DNA from: Camelus dromedarius
Lineage: Eukaryota
Reading direction: 5' to 3'
NCBI RefSeq assembly: GCF_036321535.1
Contig: NC_087447.1
Location: forward strand, 43,092,001-43,156,000
DNA length: 64,000 nucleotides
The translations under genes and the position numbers were made by a program. This document shows, piece after piece, positions 12,293 through 24,329 of this stretch (position 1 is the first letter of the stretch; each line of letters opens with the position of its first letter). The notes under the pieces are model-generated. The model worked only from the letters and a program-made list of their open reading frames with translations. It was not told where the DNA came from and searched no databases.

Positions 12293-14119
12293 CTACATGG
12301 GTTCTGAGCATGAATGTTCTAGGAATCTTTGCCATGAGATATGGGTGGGAAAGTGCTCTGAATAGAGCCAGTTTTCACAAGGATGATACTGGCAGCCAGG
12401 AGAAGCCAGGCCTGCCTCCAGAATGTTAATGCCAAAAGCAGGGCCCTTTGGAAATCTCCTTTCTCCTTTTCTGGTACCAGAAACCAATGACTGTTGTCAC
12501 GAATGAGGTCATGCTTTCAAGGGGTCTCTCTCATTGGTGGCCAGGGATGTCACTGGAGAGCAGAGCAGGGGGCCTCCCAGCACCTCCTTCTTTCCCTCCC
12601 TGAGGTTCATGTGCTGGCAATACTGTTACTAGAACAGGTGCCCAAGACCTCTTGGTCTTTATAAAGGGCCTGGGGACCCGGGCTACGAATGGGGAAGGGG
12701 TACTGGGGTCACCTGGGCTAAGAGTCAAGGTTCTCCCTCGTTCCCAGGTTTCCCTGGCCTCCTTGCATTTGCAGGCTGCTCTCCCTACTGGAAGGCCCTT
12801 TGTTCTTTTGCCCTCCTCGAGACTTCCTATTGAAACTCACTGGCACCTCCTCAGAGAGCCCCCAGGTGGGGTTCTCTGATCCCTCTGTCAGATGCTCACA
12901 CTATACTGTGAGGGACCAGCACTCCTGCTTGGCTGGAAGCTTCCCAAGAGCAGGGTCTGGCCCCTGTGCTCCAGCACCCACACAGGGCCAGGCACAGAGC
13001 AGGTCTACATATTGAAGGAGAGTATGAGCGAGTGGACAGAATCTGGTTCCAGATAGCCTTGGAGTGGGTCATGGGGACTAGTGGAAACTGGGCAGGTGAT
13101 GGCTAGAGCCTGGAGGTAATGCAGAAAAGCAGTGTGTATGGGGGGAGGTGGGGGAAGACTAAGGTCCAGGAGCTTCCATGACCTCTGCATTCAGAGTCCT
13201 CGAGGGCAAAGGTCCTCTCTGCAGGTGATGATGACACCAAATAGGCTTGGAGAAGCCTAGCCAAGGGGAGCAGGAAGGATAGATCCCGAGAAGGCCACGC
13301 AGGAGCCAATAGAGCAAGTCGGGGATTTGGCCCAGGAGCCAAGGGGACACCCAGGAGGCCCTGCAGGCATCTGAGGGACTTTAGAAAGGAAGAAGCTACA
13401 CAGACTGAGAGAGAAGAGCCCCCTGTCTGGAGATATGGGGCTCCTCCTGGGCTGGGAATCTGGAATTTGCAACAGGAGGATCCCTTGAAAGATGACAGTG
13501 CCAGAATGACTCTGCTGAGCAAGGCCTTTTTGAGTAGGGCAGGCCCTGGTGAAGCTGGGCTGGGGGGAAACTAGTCCGACAAAGGGAGAAGGCAGGCCTG
13601 GTGGGGTGGGGGGTGAGAGGAGGCTCACTGGGTTCCAAAACAGAGGCTGCTGGGACTTGAGGGGAATGTTTGAACCCTGCAGTGGCTCCCAGACACGGCT
13701 ACGATGTGGGCAGGTTTGTTGGCAAGATAGCCGGGCTCCACATTCTGCCACTGAGCTGCCCCAGGACACCTGACAGCCTCTCTGCACTCCTACAAGCCCC
13801 GTGAGCTGAGAACACCATTGTGGCCTCAGGCAGGCAGAGCCAAGGCCCACCCTGAGTCCAGACACCTGGCTTCAGCTGAAGGCCTGAGTGCCACTGCCCT
13901 CTGAGACTCGGACTTCTGAACAGTCCTTGGGGTTTGCCCCTTCCTGCCCGCCCCTGAGGGCCCAGCCTTTGCCTCTTTGAGAAGGGGGCTTCAGCATCTG
14001 AGCCAGTAGGGGCAGACCCCCAGAGCCCCTGAGGGCAGGCAGATGAAAGGCACTGCCCCCACTCCCTCCCCAGCCTCCCGGCCAGTCACTTCCCCTCTCC
14101 TCCTCTCCTCAGCAGAACT

Positions 14120-14700
14120 GTAAGAATTATTATTTTTTAAATCCTCATTGGAATGCTAATTTTGATTTTGAGTGTCTGTCATGGGCTCTTTGAAGTTTTT
14201 CAGACAAAATAAGTATCTCCTTAACAGAGGGGATTAGCGCCTACTTGTTTAGAATCCTCTGACTGAGAGTGGCAACCAATTTCAGAATCTGTGGGGTTTA
14301 GGGAGGCTGCAGGAAGAGGGGCCGCCTCCCTCCCTGGTGGTCAGCTTTCCATAAATGGCTTAATGGGGTTAGAGTTTAACCCCCCCAACAGGGATCAGAG
14401 CCCCCAGCTTGAAAGCCAGTGAGCGGCCAGGCAGATCTTGCTATTTAATTCCAGCAGGGCTTGGTTAGAACTCTTTCATTCTCTTGAGTTTAAAGAAAAC
14501 AAACCCACTTCTCTTGCAGAATGTAGGGCCAGCTCCAGCCAGCTGTCCCCAGCTTCCACTCCCAAATGTAGGCTTTCGTGCCCCAGGTAATTCCTGGCCC
14601 AGGCTCAGCCCAGGCTGGGATGTCCCTAGCTTTATGATTCCGTTCAGTTCAGGAGTACTAATGGGCCAATTTGTAAAGAAAGAAATATAATGAGTTATCA
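14120..14700. promoter_or_regulatory. Candidate conserved non-coding element(s)
   Basis: Non-repetitive AT-rich patches with ATGCTAAT (14153-14160), GGATTA, TGTCA, CATAAA and TAATGG/TAATGA motifs. Confidence 0.4.
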
Positions 14701-15769
14701 CAAAGCTCAGCAAGGACTCGACAAACCGGGTACTTCCCATCCATCAGGCACCCCAGCGTGTTCACAGACCAGCCGCAATAGAAGTCCTGCCAGGCCCCTG
14801 GGAACGCAGCCGTCTCCGGCTGCACAAGCAGCGGCAGTCCCTGTGGTGGTTTCCTTCCCGTTTTGATTGTACCCCAAATCATGGTCCTTAAGGACCAGGT
14901 GGCTGAGGGTGAATGATGTGGAGTACATGGAGGTAAAAGGGGGGGGTACTTAAGGATTTATTTGCTGAAGCAAAATGACCACGCAGACCATTTTTAAAAA
15001 GAGCATTAATACCACTCGAGGGCCCACGAGCACCAGCTGGGCTGAAGCATCTCCCAGAACTCCCATGGCCAGCCCCGTGCCCACAAGCTGAGGCGGCGAC
15101 TTGGTCTGTCATTAAGCCTAAGGTCATGGATGGTGTTGGGCAGCCGAATCCATCCAGAACAACCTGAGAAGCCAAACTGCACGCAGCCTGGGTGGGCTGT
15201 GGGACCTCCTCTGCAGGGGACAGGTGAATGATCTGCTCTGTCCATTCTTGCTGAGGTGACAGGCTGTGAACTTGAATCATAGACCCATAAGTGGGCAAGA
15301 ACCCTCCTGTTCTTCTTTCAGATGTGCAAAATCAGGTCCTGAAGGCAGATGTGAGCTGGCAGGGGACTCGCATTAAGGCTCCCGGCCAGTTTGGGGAGGA
15401 GGGCTGGCCCATGCAGAGGGTCTTTCTGGGCAGACATGCCCCTGTAGTCTCATTCCTGCCCTTCCAGCTTTGGCTACATGCACAGCTGGCCTGCACCCCT
15501 GATATGCCCCATCAGGCATATCAGGAGGCCCTTCCAGTGCTGCAAGTCATGGGAAGGTCCCAGTGCCTGCAGATGGGACAGGTAGAGGTCTGGCCACTGT
15601 GAGAACTACTTGGTCTCAAACAGAGAGATGTGCTCCAAACTAGTCCTCAATGAGGCTCCAGGTGGCCCTGTTGTACCCTCTTAGATCCTACCTCTTTTCA
15701 TCCTACTTTGGTAGGCAACCTAGAAATTCCTCGGACTCAAGGGACGTCAGCCTAGAGCCTCAGAACAGG

Positions 15770-15960
15770 CAGTTAACTCACTAAATCTTAACAGCACTGT
15801 GAGATACTATTATTATTATTCCCATTTTGCAGATTAGGAAAACTGAGACAGAATGGCTAAATAATTTGTTTAAGGTCATCTATCTACTGAATGACAGAGT
15901 GAGAGTTCAAACTCAGCCAACATGGCCCCAGAATCAGTGCTCCAGTGGCCACCAGTGCCT
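15770..15960 (-). mobile_element. MIR SINE
   Basis: 'attattattcccattttgcagattaggaaaactgagacagaatggctaaataatttg'. Confidence 0.85.
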
Positions 15961-16129
15961 GGAGTCCAGCAGAGTCCTGAGATCTGAACTTGGTATCTAC
16001 TATCAGGGCAGGCTGAGTGGCCAAAGGCTGAGATTTCCCTGCACTGTGGGTGACAAGATACAGGGAGAGGGCAGTGGATGCAGGGAATTGACTTGGGTTT
16101 GGGGAGACCCCAAGGAGCATGGAGCTGAT

Positions 16130-16350
16130 GGGATTAACACCTGCTGTGTGCCAGGCACTATGCCCAGCACTTCATCCACAGTATCTGATGAAAGTGTCCA
16201 GCAGCCCTGCAAGGTAGGAATTACTATCTTCATTTAACTGATGAATAAGATGGAGACTCAGAAAGGTTAAGTAACTTGTCCATGGTCACACAGCTTATAA
16301 AGAGCATAGGTGGATTTCAAACCCTAATCCATCTGGTTTCAAAGGCCATC
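16130..16350 (-). mobile_element. MIR SINE
   Basis: 'tgtgccaggcactatg...gagactcagaaaggttaagtaacttgtccatggtcacacagct'. Confidence 0.85.
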
Positions 16351-16899
16351 TGTGCCACAGGAGGGCTGGGTGGAGATGGAGAAAGAAGAGAGGGAAGGCA
16401 AAAACTCAGAATGACATACCTGGGGAGGATTGGATGGCCTTTCTGCAACTCACCAGAGCTGGGAACACCGAGAAGCCACACTTAGAGCCAAAGGGCGCTG
16501 GGTCAGACTGGCTCACGGGCAGATGGGGATTCTTCAGAGTGGCAGGGACCCTTCCTGTGGGAGGGTGCTGGCCTGCATGCAGGTAGGGGCTGCAAGGACT
16601 GACCTCCTGGATTCCTGCTAGGTTATCACTCTGAGCTTCCTCTAGGGTAGGGGGCAGGTAAACTGTTGCTAACCAGAGGGAGACAGCACTCCATGGACCA
16701 GGAGGAAGGCTAAAGCCCTCGCTTACATCACCACTGCAGCTTCCCCCATCCCTGTGTCCAATGTGTCCCCGCATCTCCTGGTCATCACCCCCTGCCTCCT
16801 GGGCTCCCATGTCCTGTGACCCGTCCTGGGAGTGGAAGGGTTACGGCTTCTGCTGCTGAGTGGAGGCTGCTGTTCCCCAGCGTTAAGCAGCTTTAGTGT

Positions 16900-17300
16900 C
16901 TCCTACCCTAGCCCTGATTTAAAATTCATAAATGCTAATCCTTCATAATTTACGGTTTAAAAGCAGCCCCACTCACAGGCCCCGTGGCTACAGCTCTGTC
17001 AGAGTAATTATGCCGCCAAGCCGAAATTGGACTACTAACTGAGATATTAAACAGGGGGGGAAATCCTCGCGCTGGCAGCCGACCCAATTATTCCAAATAA
17101 GCAAACAGATTAGTGAGTAATTTTCCAGTTAAATTTGGTGATTGGTGCCAGAATTGTATGTTAAATATTCAGAAGTAAATAGATTAAAGATGAAATGTGC
17201 CCCCCCTCCTTTTTTTCTGGGCTTAATTTACTGGGTATATTAAAACTTTTTCATGAGGAGAAAAAAAGTAAAAATGATAATTAAAAAATCCAAATAAACC
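16900..17300. promoter_or_regulatory. Candidate conserved non-coding element (enhancer)
   Basis: Repeat-free island with retained CpGs. Contains ATGCTAATCC (POU plus K50 homeodomain), TTTACG, TAATTA, Fox-type AAATAAGCAAACA and GTAAATA, and TGATTGG. Confidence 0.6.
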
Positions 17301-18020
17301 CCTCTGGGCCTCCCCAGTGCTGCCTGGCAGAGGCCAGAGCTGGATACAGTCCCCTCCAGCCTCCTTGACTTCCCAGCCACTGCTGGGCAGGGCTGACCAA
17401 GACCCCGAGCCCAAACTGCAGCCCTCCCCAGGGAAGGGGGGATGTGGGATTCTGGGAATCCGGGTGGGCTAGGGACCTCTCTGGCTTGGTGCACTGGGAT
17501 TGCATTTCTTTACAAAGAGAAATCCCAAATCTATTAGTCTTATAATCAGAGCTGAGAAAATCTGGGCAGGGTTGGCAGAGAGAGAGGCGATTCGTGGGGC
17601 CAGTGAGGCCCCAGGGGTGTTGGGCTCGTCTGGGCACAGAGCAGTCTCTGCTTCTTAGGTCCCCCTGCTGGCAGCTGGGTCCTCAGCCACCACGTTTCCC
17701 CACCATGATTTCCTGGCCTGTCTGTAGCTGCTGGTCTGCTGTCTGGGGGTGCGGTTGCTGAGCAGCGGCACACGCACCTGCTGGGACCTCCCCACTGCTT
17801 AGCCTCCTACACTCCTTCCTGGCAGCCTGAACACTCACTTCTCCACCTCCTCCTTTGATTTTCTGCAGCAGCTCACCCACAGCGGAATGTTCGATAGGGA
17901 GGGGCCTGTGAGTCATCTCCCCAAAAATCAAATGTAGAAACAAAGGCCCAGAGAGGGCATTGGATTGTCCCAAGACACCCAGCAGGCTCTTTGGTCACTC
18001 AGTCTGTGTGCTTGCGCGTG

Positions 18021-18066
18021 CTCTCTCTCTCTCCCTCCCTCCCTCCCTCTCCCTCTCCCTCTCCCT

Positions 18067-18101
<35 letters not shown>

Positions 18102-18103
18102 CT
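18021..18103. repeat. Compound polypyrimidine microsatellite (CT)n/(CCCT)n/(CCCTCT)n
   Basis: About 83 bp containing only C and T. Confidence 0.95.
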
Positions 18104-18115
18104 GCCCCCTAGAGG
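18102..18115 (-). promoter_or_regulatory. Candidate CTCF binding motif
   Basis: Minus strand reads CCTCTAGGGGGCAG, a close match to the CTCF core consensus. Motif only, no binding data. Confidence 0.45.
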
Positions 18116-18606
18116 CCTCCGGCCACTGGCACAGGCTCACCTGGGCAGGCGCGGAGATCAGTGCAGGAATAGGTGAAGAACAGGGCAGGAACCCATGTGC
18201 CAGCCAGGCCAGGAGTGAGCCGGCTGGATCTGCAGAGAGGACAGAGGGGGGTGGGGGTGGGTAGACCAAGGGCCCAGACTGGGATAGCCGGGAGTGGGAG
18301 CTGGAAGAAGGGGCCTGGGGAGGAGGGTCTGTAGGTGGGAAGAAGGCAGGTAAAGCCTGCAGGCCATGGAAGGGAACACAGTCTGGGGACCAGGACCTCC
18401 TGTTTGGTTCCAGCACCGCCCCCCTGCCCCCTAGCATCCTGATTTCAGGCCTGGGAGCAACCTTAGGCACAGCCTCCTCCAGGGCAGGCCCCCCTTCCTC
18501 CTTTCTTAGGGAACCCTGTCTTCCCAAAGCACTAAGAGGGTGGTTGGGGGAAGGTGGGGAATCCCAGGGCCCAAGTCACCCTCCTCAAAGGCATAAAAGG
18601 TTAAGT

Positions 18607-19922
18607 TATTTTTTATTGAAATATAGTTGATTTACAATGTTGTATTTGTTTCAAGTGTACAGCAAAGTGATTCAGTTATGTGTGTGTGTGTGTGTGTGTG
18701 TGTGTATCCTTTTTCAGATTCTTTTCCATTATAGGTTGTTACAAGATTTAAAGATTATCACAAGAATACAGTTTTCTGTGCTATGCAGTAGGTCCTTGTT
18801 GTTTATCTATTTTATATATAGTGGTTTGTATATATTAATCCTAAACTCCTAATTTATCCCCCACCCTTCCCCTTTGGTAGCCATATCTTTGTTTTCTATG
18901 TCTGTGAGACTATTTCTGGTTTGTAAATAAGTTTATTTGTATCTTTTTTTTTAGATTCCACATAGAAGTGATATATGATATTTGTCTTTCTCTGTCTGAC
19001 TTATATTATTTAATATGATAATCTCTAAGTCCATCCATGTTGCTGCAAATGACATTATTTCATTCTTTTTTATTCCACTTGTGTATGTATGTGTGTGTGT
19101 GTGTATGTATATATCAATCACATCTTTATCCAATTAGCTGTTGATGGGCATTTAGGTTGCTTCCATGCCTTGGCTATTGTAAATAGGGCTGCTATGCACA
19201 TTGAGGTGCATGTGTCTTTTCAAACTGGGAGTTTCTCCAGATATATGCCCAGGGATAGGATTGCTAGGTCATATGATAAGCCTATTTTTAGTTTTCTAAA
19301 GAACCTCCATACTATTCTCCATAGTGGCTGCACCAAATTACATTCCCACTAACAATATAGAAGGGTTCCTTTTTCTCCACACTCTCTCCAGCATTTATTA
19401 TTTGTTGACTTTTTAATGATGGCCATTCTGACTGGTGTGGGTGATACCTTATTGTAGTTTTGATTTGCATTTCTTTAATCATCAGTGATATTGAGCATCT
19501 TTTCATATGCCTGTTGGGAATCTGCATATCTTCTTTGCAGAAATGTCTGTTTAGGTCTTCTGTCCATTGTTTGATTGGGTTGTTTGTTTTTTTGATATTA
19601 GGTTGGATGAGCTCTTTGCATATTTTGGAAATTAATCCCTTCTCAGTCACATTGTTTGCAAATATTTTCTCCCATTCTGTAGGTTGTCTTTTCATTTTGT
19701 TGATAGTTTCCTTTGCTGTGCAAAAGCTTTTAAGTTTAATTAGGTCCCATTTGTTTATTTTTGCTTTTATTTCCATTACTCTAGGAGACGGGTCCAAAAA
19801 AATATTGCTGCGATTTATGTCAAAGAGTGTTCTGCCTACGTTTTCCTCTAGGAGTTTTAGAGTATCCGGTCTTACATTTAGGTCTTTAACCCAATTTGAG
19901 TTTATTTTTGTATATGGTGTGA
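18607..19922 (-). mobile_element. 5'-truncated LINE-1 (cetartiodactyl-type; ORF2 C-terminal remnant plus 3' UTR)
   Basis: ORF 19312..19956(-) encodes L1 ORF2 sequence ([18 protein letters not shown]...[20 protein letters not shown]...[11 protein letters not shown]). ORF 18951..19133 gives 'IKKNEIMSFAATWMDLEIIIL'. The 3' UTR reads 'tttattgaaatatagttgatttacaatgttg...tacagcaaagtgattcag', with internal (TG)n tracts. Confidence 0.97.
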
Positions 19923-19924
19923 AT

Positions 19925-20290
19925 TTCATCCTTTGCCTGTGCTGTCGTTTGCTCAATGCCCTTCCCCGGTGCCACCTGTAAGCTCCTAGTCAACCCCTCC
20001 AAGTTCATCTAGCTTGTCACCAGCCTCATGAAGTCTTTCCTGAAGAGGTAAAGAAGGCTTCTTTTCTTTTCTCTCCTTGTGCCTTATTCTGTGATAACCT
20101 ATTATAACACTACATTTGTTCACTTATATCTTTAATAGATATTTAATGAGCATCTATTATGTTCAGTAACAGCCTGACTGACTCTCCCTTGAAGGTTAAC
20201 CAGCCCCCAAATATCACTGTCTGAGTTCTAGTCATCTTTATATCTTCAGTGCCTAGAAGCATCTGATAAATATTTGTTGAATTAAAGAAG
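19925..20290 (+). mobile_element. L2 3' fragments
   Basis: 'cctttgcctgtgctg...aatgcccttcccc', ending 'cagtgcctagaagcatctgataaatatttgttgaatt'. Confidence 0.6.
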
Positions 20291-21612
20291 GAGGGAAGGG
20301 AGCTTGGTCTACTTGAGGCCACTTCCTGGCCCCATTATCTAAATGTAATTTGAAGTCAACTCTTTTAATTTGCATCTGGTGACAATGTCTTGGAAGCATG
20401 AAGCAGTGGCCTGCTGGGAATGGAGTGGGCATTGAGGAGGCAGAAGAGAAAGGATAGGTGGGCAGGGGCTGGATCATGAAGGTCCTGGTATGCTCTGGTA
20501 AAGATTTCACATTTTACTCTGTGGGTAATGGGGAGCCATTGAAGGTTGCAGGCAGTCTAGTGACTTGATTCCATCTTAGTAAGGTCACTGTGACTTCTGT
20601 CATAGGATGGACTGGGAACAGTGACATTCACTCTGAGGCTGATATAGGTTGGGGAATAGTTTGGGCTCTGTGAGGTTAGCTGCCAGGACATGAGAGCTGC
20701 AGGGAGGGAACATTCCAGACTTAGGGGTCAGTTCTTTACCAACTGCCCCACCCTTATGCCCATCAGCTGAGGCCAACAAGGACCAGAGCTCTTCTCTCTC
20801 CACATGGCTTTCAAAGTTCTTTGGCCTTGAGAAGTTATCCAGAAATGGGATGGGATGTCTGGCCATAGCTCTGAGGGGTTTGTATCTAGGTTCCGATTAT
20901 AACACTCAGTCTGCTCTGTGCTTTTAGAAAACATAACACAAGCACAATCACACTGTACAAAATATGTACTCACATGCCACACCCACAAGTGAGCACACAC
21001 AAACACAAAAGGGCATATCACACATGTACACACACAGGCCATGTTCGCGGGGCACACATACCACCCAAATGTGTACATATATACATGCTCTTGGTGTAGA
21101 GAGGACAAGGAACAGGACGGCTCTCAGGGTCACCCCTCAGAGTGACCACACCCACCTGTTCTTTCTGGGGGCCCACCTGCCCAATCCCCCCTGGCCACAG
21201 TCCCTAAGGGCATGGTCTGACTGCACCCTGTTCCCACTGGGATTTCATGCATCCTGACCTCACTCCCTTGACACCCCAGCCCTTCAGTCTTCCTGTTGTG
21301 TCTTCATCTGACCCTGGCCTCGCCTCTGATACCCAGCAGCCCCACCCAGACTTCACAGGTCTTAACCTCATCTAACTCTGACTTTGTCCTCATGACCCTT
21401 ACACAGCACCTACCAAGGGGGCATTTCAATGCAGGCCTTTCTCTGAGGTGGTCATGGAAGATGTGGGCTTGGCCCCACTTAGACGTCGTTCCTCATCCCT
21501 GAGTAGGATCACATTTTCCTTGGCTGCCTTAAATTGTTTTGGAAAGGAGGCAGATATAAATTAAAATTAGTAGGTAACTATATGTACTTGTCTCCTCAAT
21601 CATTACCCCTGC

Positions 21613-21712
21613 AAAAAAAAAAAATATATATATATAATATTTATATGTATTACATATTTATGTATTTTTACTTATTTATACTAATATATATTTATATAGC
21701 TATATATATTTA
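21613..21712. repeat. A-run followed by (TA)-rich low-complexity tract
   Basis: About 100 bp almost entirely A/T, including (TA)n and short self-complementary segments. Confidence 0.9.
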
Positions 21713-21849
21713 AGTCTTCCTCCCCTCCAGCTCTTTTCCCAAGGCATCATGAACCCCCTTCCCTTCCTGTCAAGTCTCAGTGGGCCACATGTCTGACCAT
21801 GCTTCCATGAATCCTTTTCCTCTCGTCTTCCCCGACCCTTCCTACTGGT

Positions 21850-22640
21850 CTGCCCCCACCCCACTCCCTTCTCTCTCCTCTTCCTCCAGTGGTCTCCTAA
21901 ATGTTGGTGTTCCTCAGGCCTTATCTTCTCATTAAACATGGCTACTTACAATCTGGCCCATTTCTGGCTTTCTCCCACTATTGACTGTACACTGAGGCCC
22001 CCATATCTCTGTCTCCAGCCCTGAGCTGTTTCCTGGGCTCCAGATCCCGAGAGCCAGCAGATTTCATCATCTTAACTTGGATGTCCCATATTCAAAAGGG
22101 AACCTATCCCTTTCCTTTCCCACTCCATCCCGTCTCTGGCCCACACTGCCCGTCCTCCTGTCTTCGGTGTCCTGGTGAATGACACGACCATCACACAATT
22201 GTTGCAATTCTCCAGAAACCTGGTAGCCTGTTAGACCCCCTCCACCACTTCTCTTTTTCTCTCCCCTCAAACACAACAGTCACCAAAGCCTGCTGATTTT
22301 CCCTCTGAATGCCTCTTGAATCTGGTCCCCCTTCCCTGCTACCACCACCACCCTGATCCAGCAACCTTCAACTCCTATCTGGATGATGAGAAACATTTCC
22401 TGTCTGCTTTTCCTGTTTCTGCTCCACATGCCCCCAATCCAGAGCAACCTTTCTAAGACAGAAATCAAAGCATATCTTCAAACTGCCGGAAGCCCTCAGT
22501 GGCTCCCCCGCTGCTTACAAAGCTAAGTGCAGAATCCTTACCAGACTTCCCAGGCTCTTCATGGTCTCGCCACTGCCCACTGTTTCTCCTTCCTCTGCCT
22601 TCTCCACCTTTGCAGCTCTGCCCCAGTCATCCTACTCCTC
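21850..22640 (+). mobile_element. L2 fragment(s)
   Basis: 'atctctgtctccagccctgagctgtttcctgggctccagatccc...ttgcaattctccagaaacctgg...caccaaagcctgctgattttccctctgaatgcctcttgaatctg'. Confidence 0.7.
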
Positions 22641-22774
22641 AATGCCTACCCCACCCGCAAAAGGCTATTGCTGTATGCCTCTAACACATTGTGGTCAGAT
22701 GCTGGTCCAAAGCGTCAACTTAAAACATCAGTAGAGATAGGGCTGGGGCCGGAGGAAGGGCCTCTATTCGTGCA

Positions 22775-23240
22775 TTCACTCAACAATCATCCCATGAGCC
22801 TGTTTTGTTCCAAGCACTGGGGAAGGCACTGGGGAAACAGGGGTAAAAACCCAAGGGCTCTGGCTTGGAGGACCTGACTGCCCCCTGGGGAAAACAGAAG
22901 GGAAGGCAAGCAAGTACCAAATAATAAAGAGGAACCACTGAAGATGGTAAATCAGAGTGTGATGGAATCCTGATTTGCTTCAGACGTTGGGTGTTGAATG
23001 CAGTGCAAAGGGCCAGCGTGGGTTTGGGGAGGCCAGTCTAGAGCTATTGCAGTCATCCAGGAAAGAAATCATGGGGCCTGGATAGGCAAGGAGGTAATGC
23101 AAATGGAGGGGTGTCCAGAAAGTGGAACGGGAGGGACTGGACAACTAACTAGCATGGGGTGTGAGAGAGGAGCCCAGGATGACTCCAAGATTTCTGCCTC
23201 AGGTGGTACCATTCATGAAGCGAGAACAGAGGTAGGGTGG
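22775..23240 (-). mobile_element. L2 fragment(s)
   Basis: 'cattcactcaacaatc...ccaagcactgggg...gctattgcagtcatccagg...caggatgactccaagatttctg'. Confidence 0.65.
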
Positions 23241-23294
23241 GGAACAGGTGTGGGTCTTGGCCCTACCCTAAACCCTTGATTTTTATCATTGTTG

Positions 23295-23520
23295 TTGTTT
23301 TAGCTAATAATCAGGAGCACTACTAGAGCCAAGCACATTTGAAGTCCTTTACCTGATGAGATCCTCACAATACACTCCTAAGGAGACAACTGTTATCCCC
23401 ATTCTACAGAATGGACTACTGAGGCTCAAGAAAGTTAAATAATTTGCCTGGTTCACATACTTGGCAAATGAAGGAGCCAGGATGCCAGTCCAAGCCTGGC
23501 TGACTCCAAATATCCCACTC
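23295..23520 (-). mobile_element. MIR SINE interrupted by L1 insertions; continues at about 24344-24370
   Basis: 'atccccattctacaga...actgaggctcaagaaagttaaataatttgcc...ggagccaggatg...tgactccaaa'. The remainder 'ctcttaacagctgcattata' follows the L1s. Confidence 0.8.
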
Positions 23521-24096
23521 TTTTTTTTTTTCAGTAAAAGTATAGTTGATTTTCAGTGTTGTATTACTTTCTGGTGCACAGCATATTGATTCAGTTATAC
23601 ATTCTGTGTATATATACTATATATATATTCTTTACCATTATAGGTTGTTGCAAGATATTGAATCAGTTCCCCATACTTAACAATAGGACTTTATTGTTTA
23701 TTTTGTATATAGTAGTTAGTATCTGCAAATCTCAGACTCCTACTTTATCCCTCCCCACTGCTTCCCTCAATGGTAACCATAAGTTTGTTTTCTATGTCTG
23801 TGAGTCTGTTTCTGTTTTGTAGATAAGTTCATATGTTCCGTTTTTTTTAGATTCAATATATAAGTGATATCATAATATATTTGTCTTTCTCTGACTTGTT
23901 TTGTTTAGTATAATAATCTCTAGGTCCATCCATGTTGCTGAAAATGGCATTATGTTATAATTTTTATAGCTCAGTAGTATTCCGTTGTATAAATATACCA
24001 CAGCTTCTTTATCCAGTCATCTGTCGATGGACATTTAGGTTGCTTCCATGTCTTGGCTATTGCAAGTAGTGCTGCTATGAACATTGGGGTACATGT
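23521..24096 (-). mobile_element. 5'-truncated LINE-1 3' end (copy A)
   Basis: Poly(T), then 'tatagttgattttcagtgttgtatt...tctaggtccatccatgttgctg...gatggacatttaggttgcttccatgtcttggctattg'. Flanked by TSD copies at 23507-23520 and 24097-24110. Confidence 0.95.
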
Positions 24097-24110
24097 CAAA
24101 GATCTCACTC

Positions 24111-24329
24111 ATTTTTTAAATTCTTGTTTTTTAATGAAGTGTAGTCAATTTACAACATTAATTTCAGGTGTACAGCAAAGCAATTCAGTTATACATACAT
24201 ACATACATACATATATATATATTTTCAGATTCTTTTCCATTACAGCTCATTACAAGAAGTAGAATATAGTTCCTGTGCTGTACAGTAGGTCCTTGTTGCT
24301 TTTCTGTTCTATATACAGTAATATGTGTT
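24111..24329 (-). mobile_element. 5'-truncated LINE-1 3' end (copy B)
   Basis: 'tgaagtgtagtcaatttacaac...caggtgtacagcaaagcaattcagttatac...ttcagattcttttccatt'. Flanked by TSD copies at 24097-24110 and 24330-24343. Confidence 0.93.

Noticed and set aside
13257..13865. 202-aa ORF, and similar 150-190 aa ORFs near 5.0-5.6, 52.4-53.3 and 57.4-58.0 kb
   Set aside because: Composition is typical of stop-poor GC-rich non-coding DNA, with overlapping ORFs on both strands and no domains or exon structure.
14882..14897. Perfect 16-bp palindrome tggtccttaaggacca
   Set aside because: About one such palindrome is expected by chance in 64 kb (64000/4^8).
17928..18527. 199-aa ORF with ER/GR repeats
   Set aside because: The repeats come from translating the CT-rich microsatellite; there is no recognisable domain.
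19312..19981. ORFs of 214 aa (-) and 173 aa (+) as genes
   Set aside because: They are a truncated L1 ORF2 remnant and its antisense frame.
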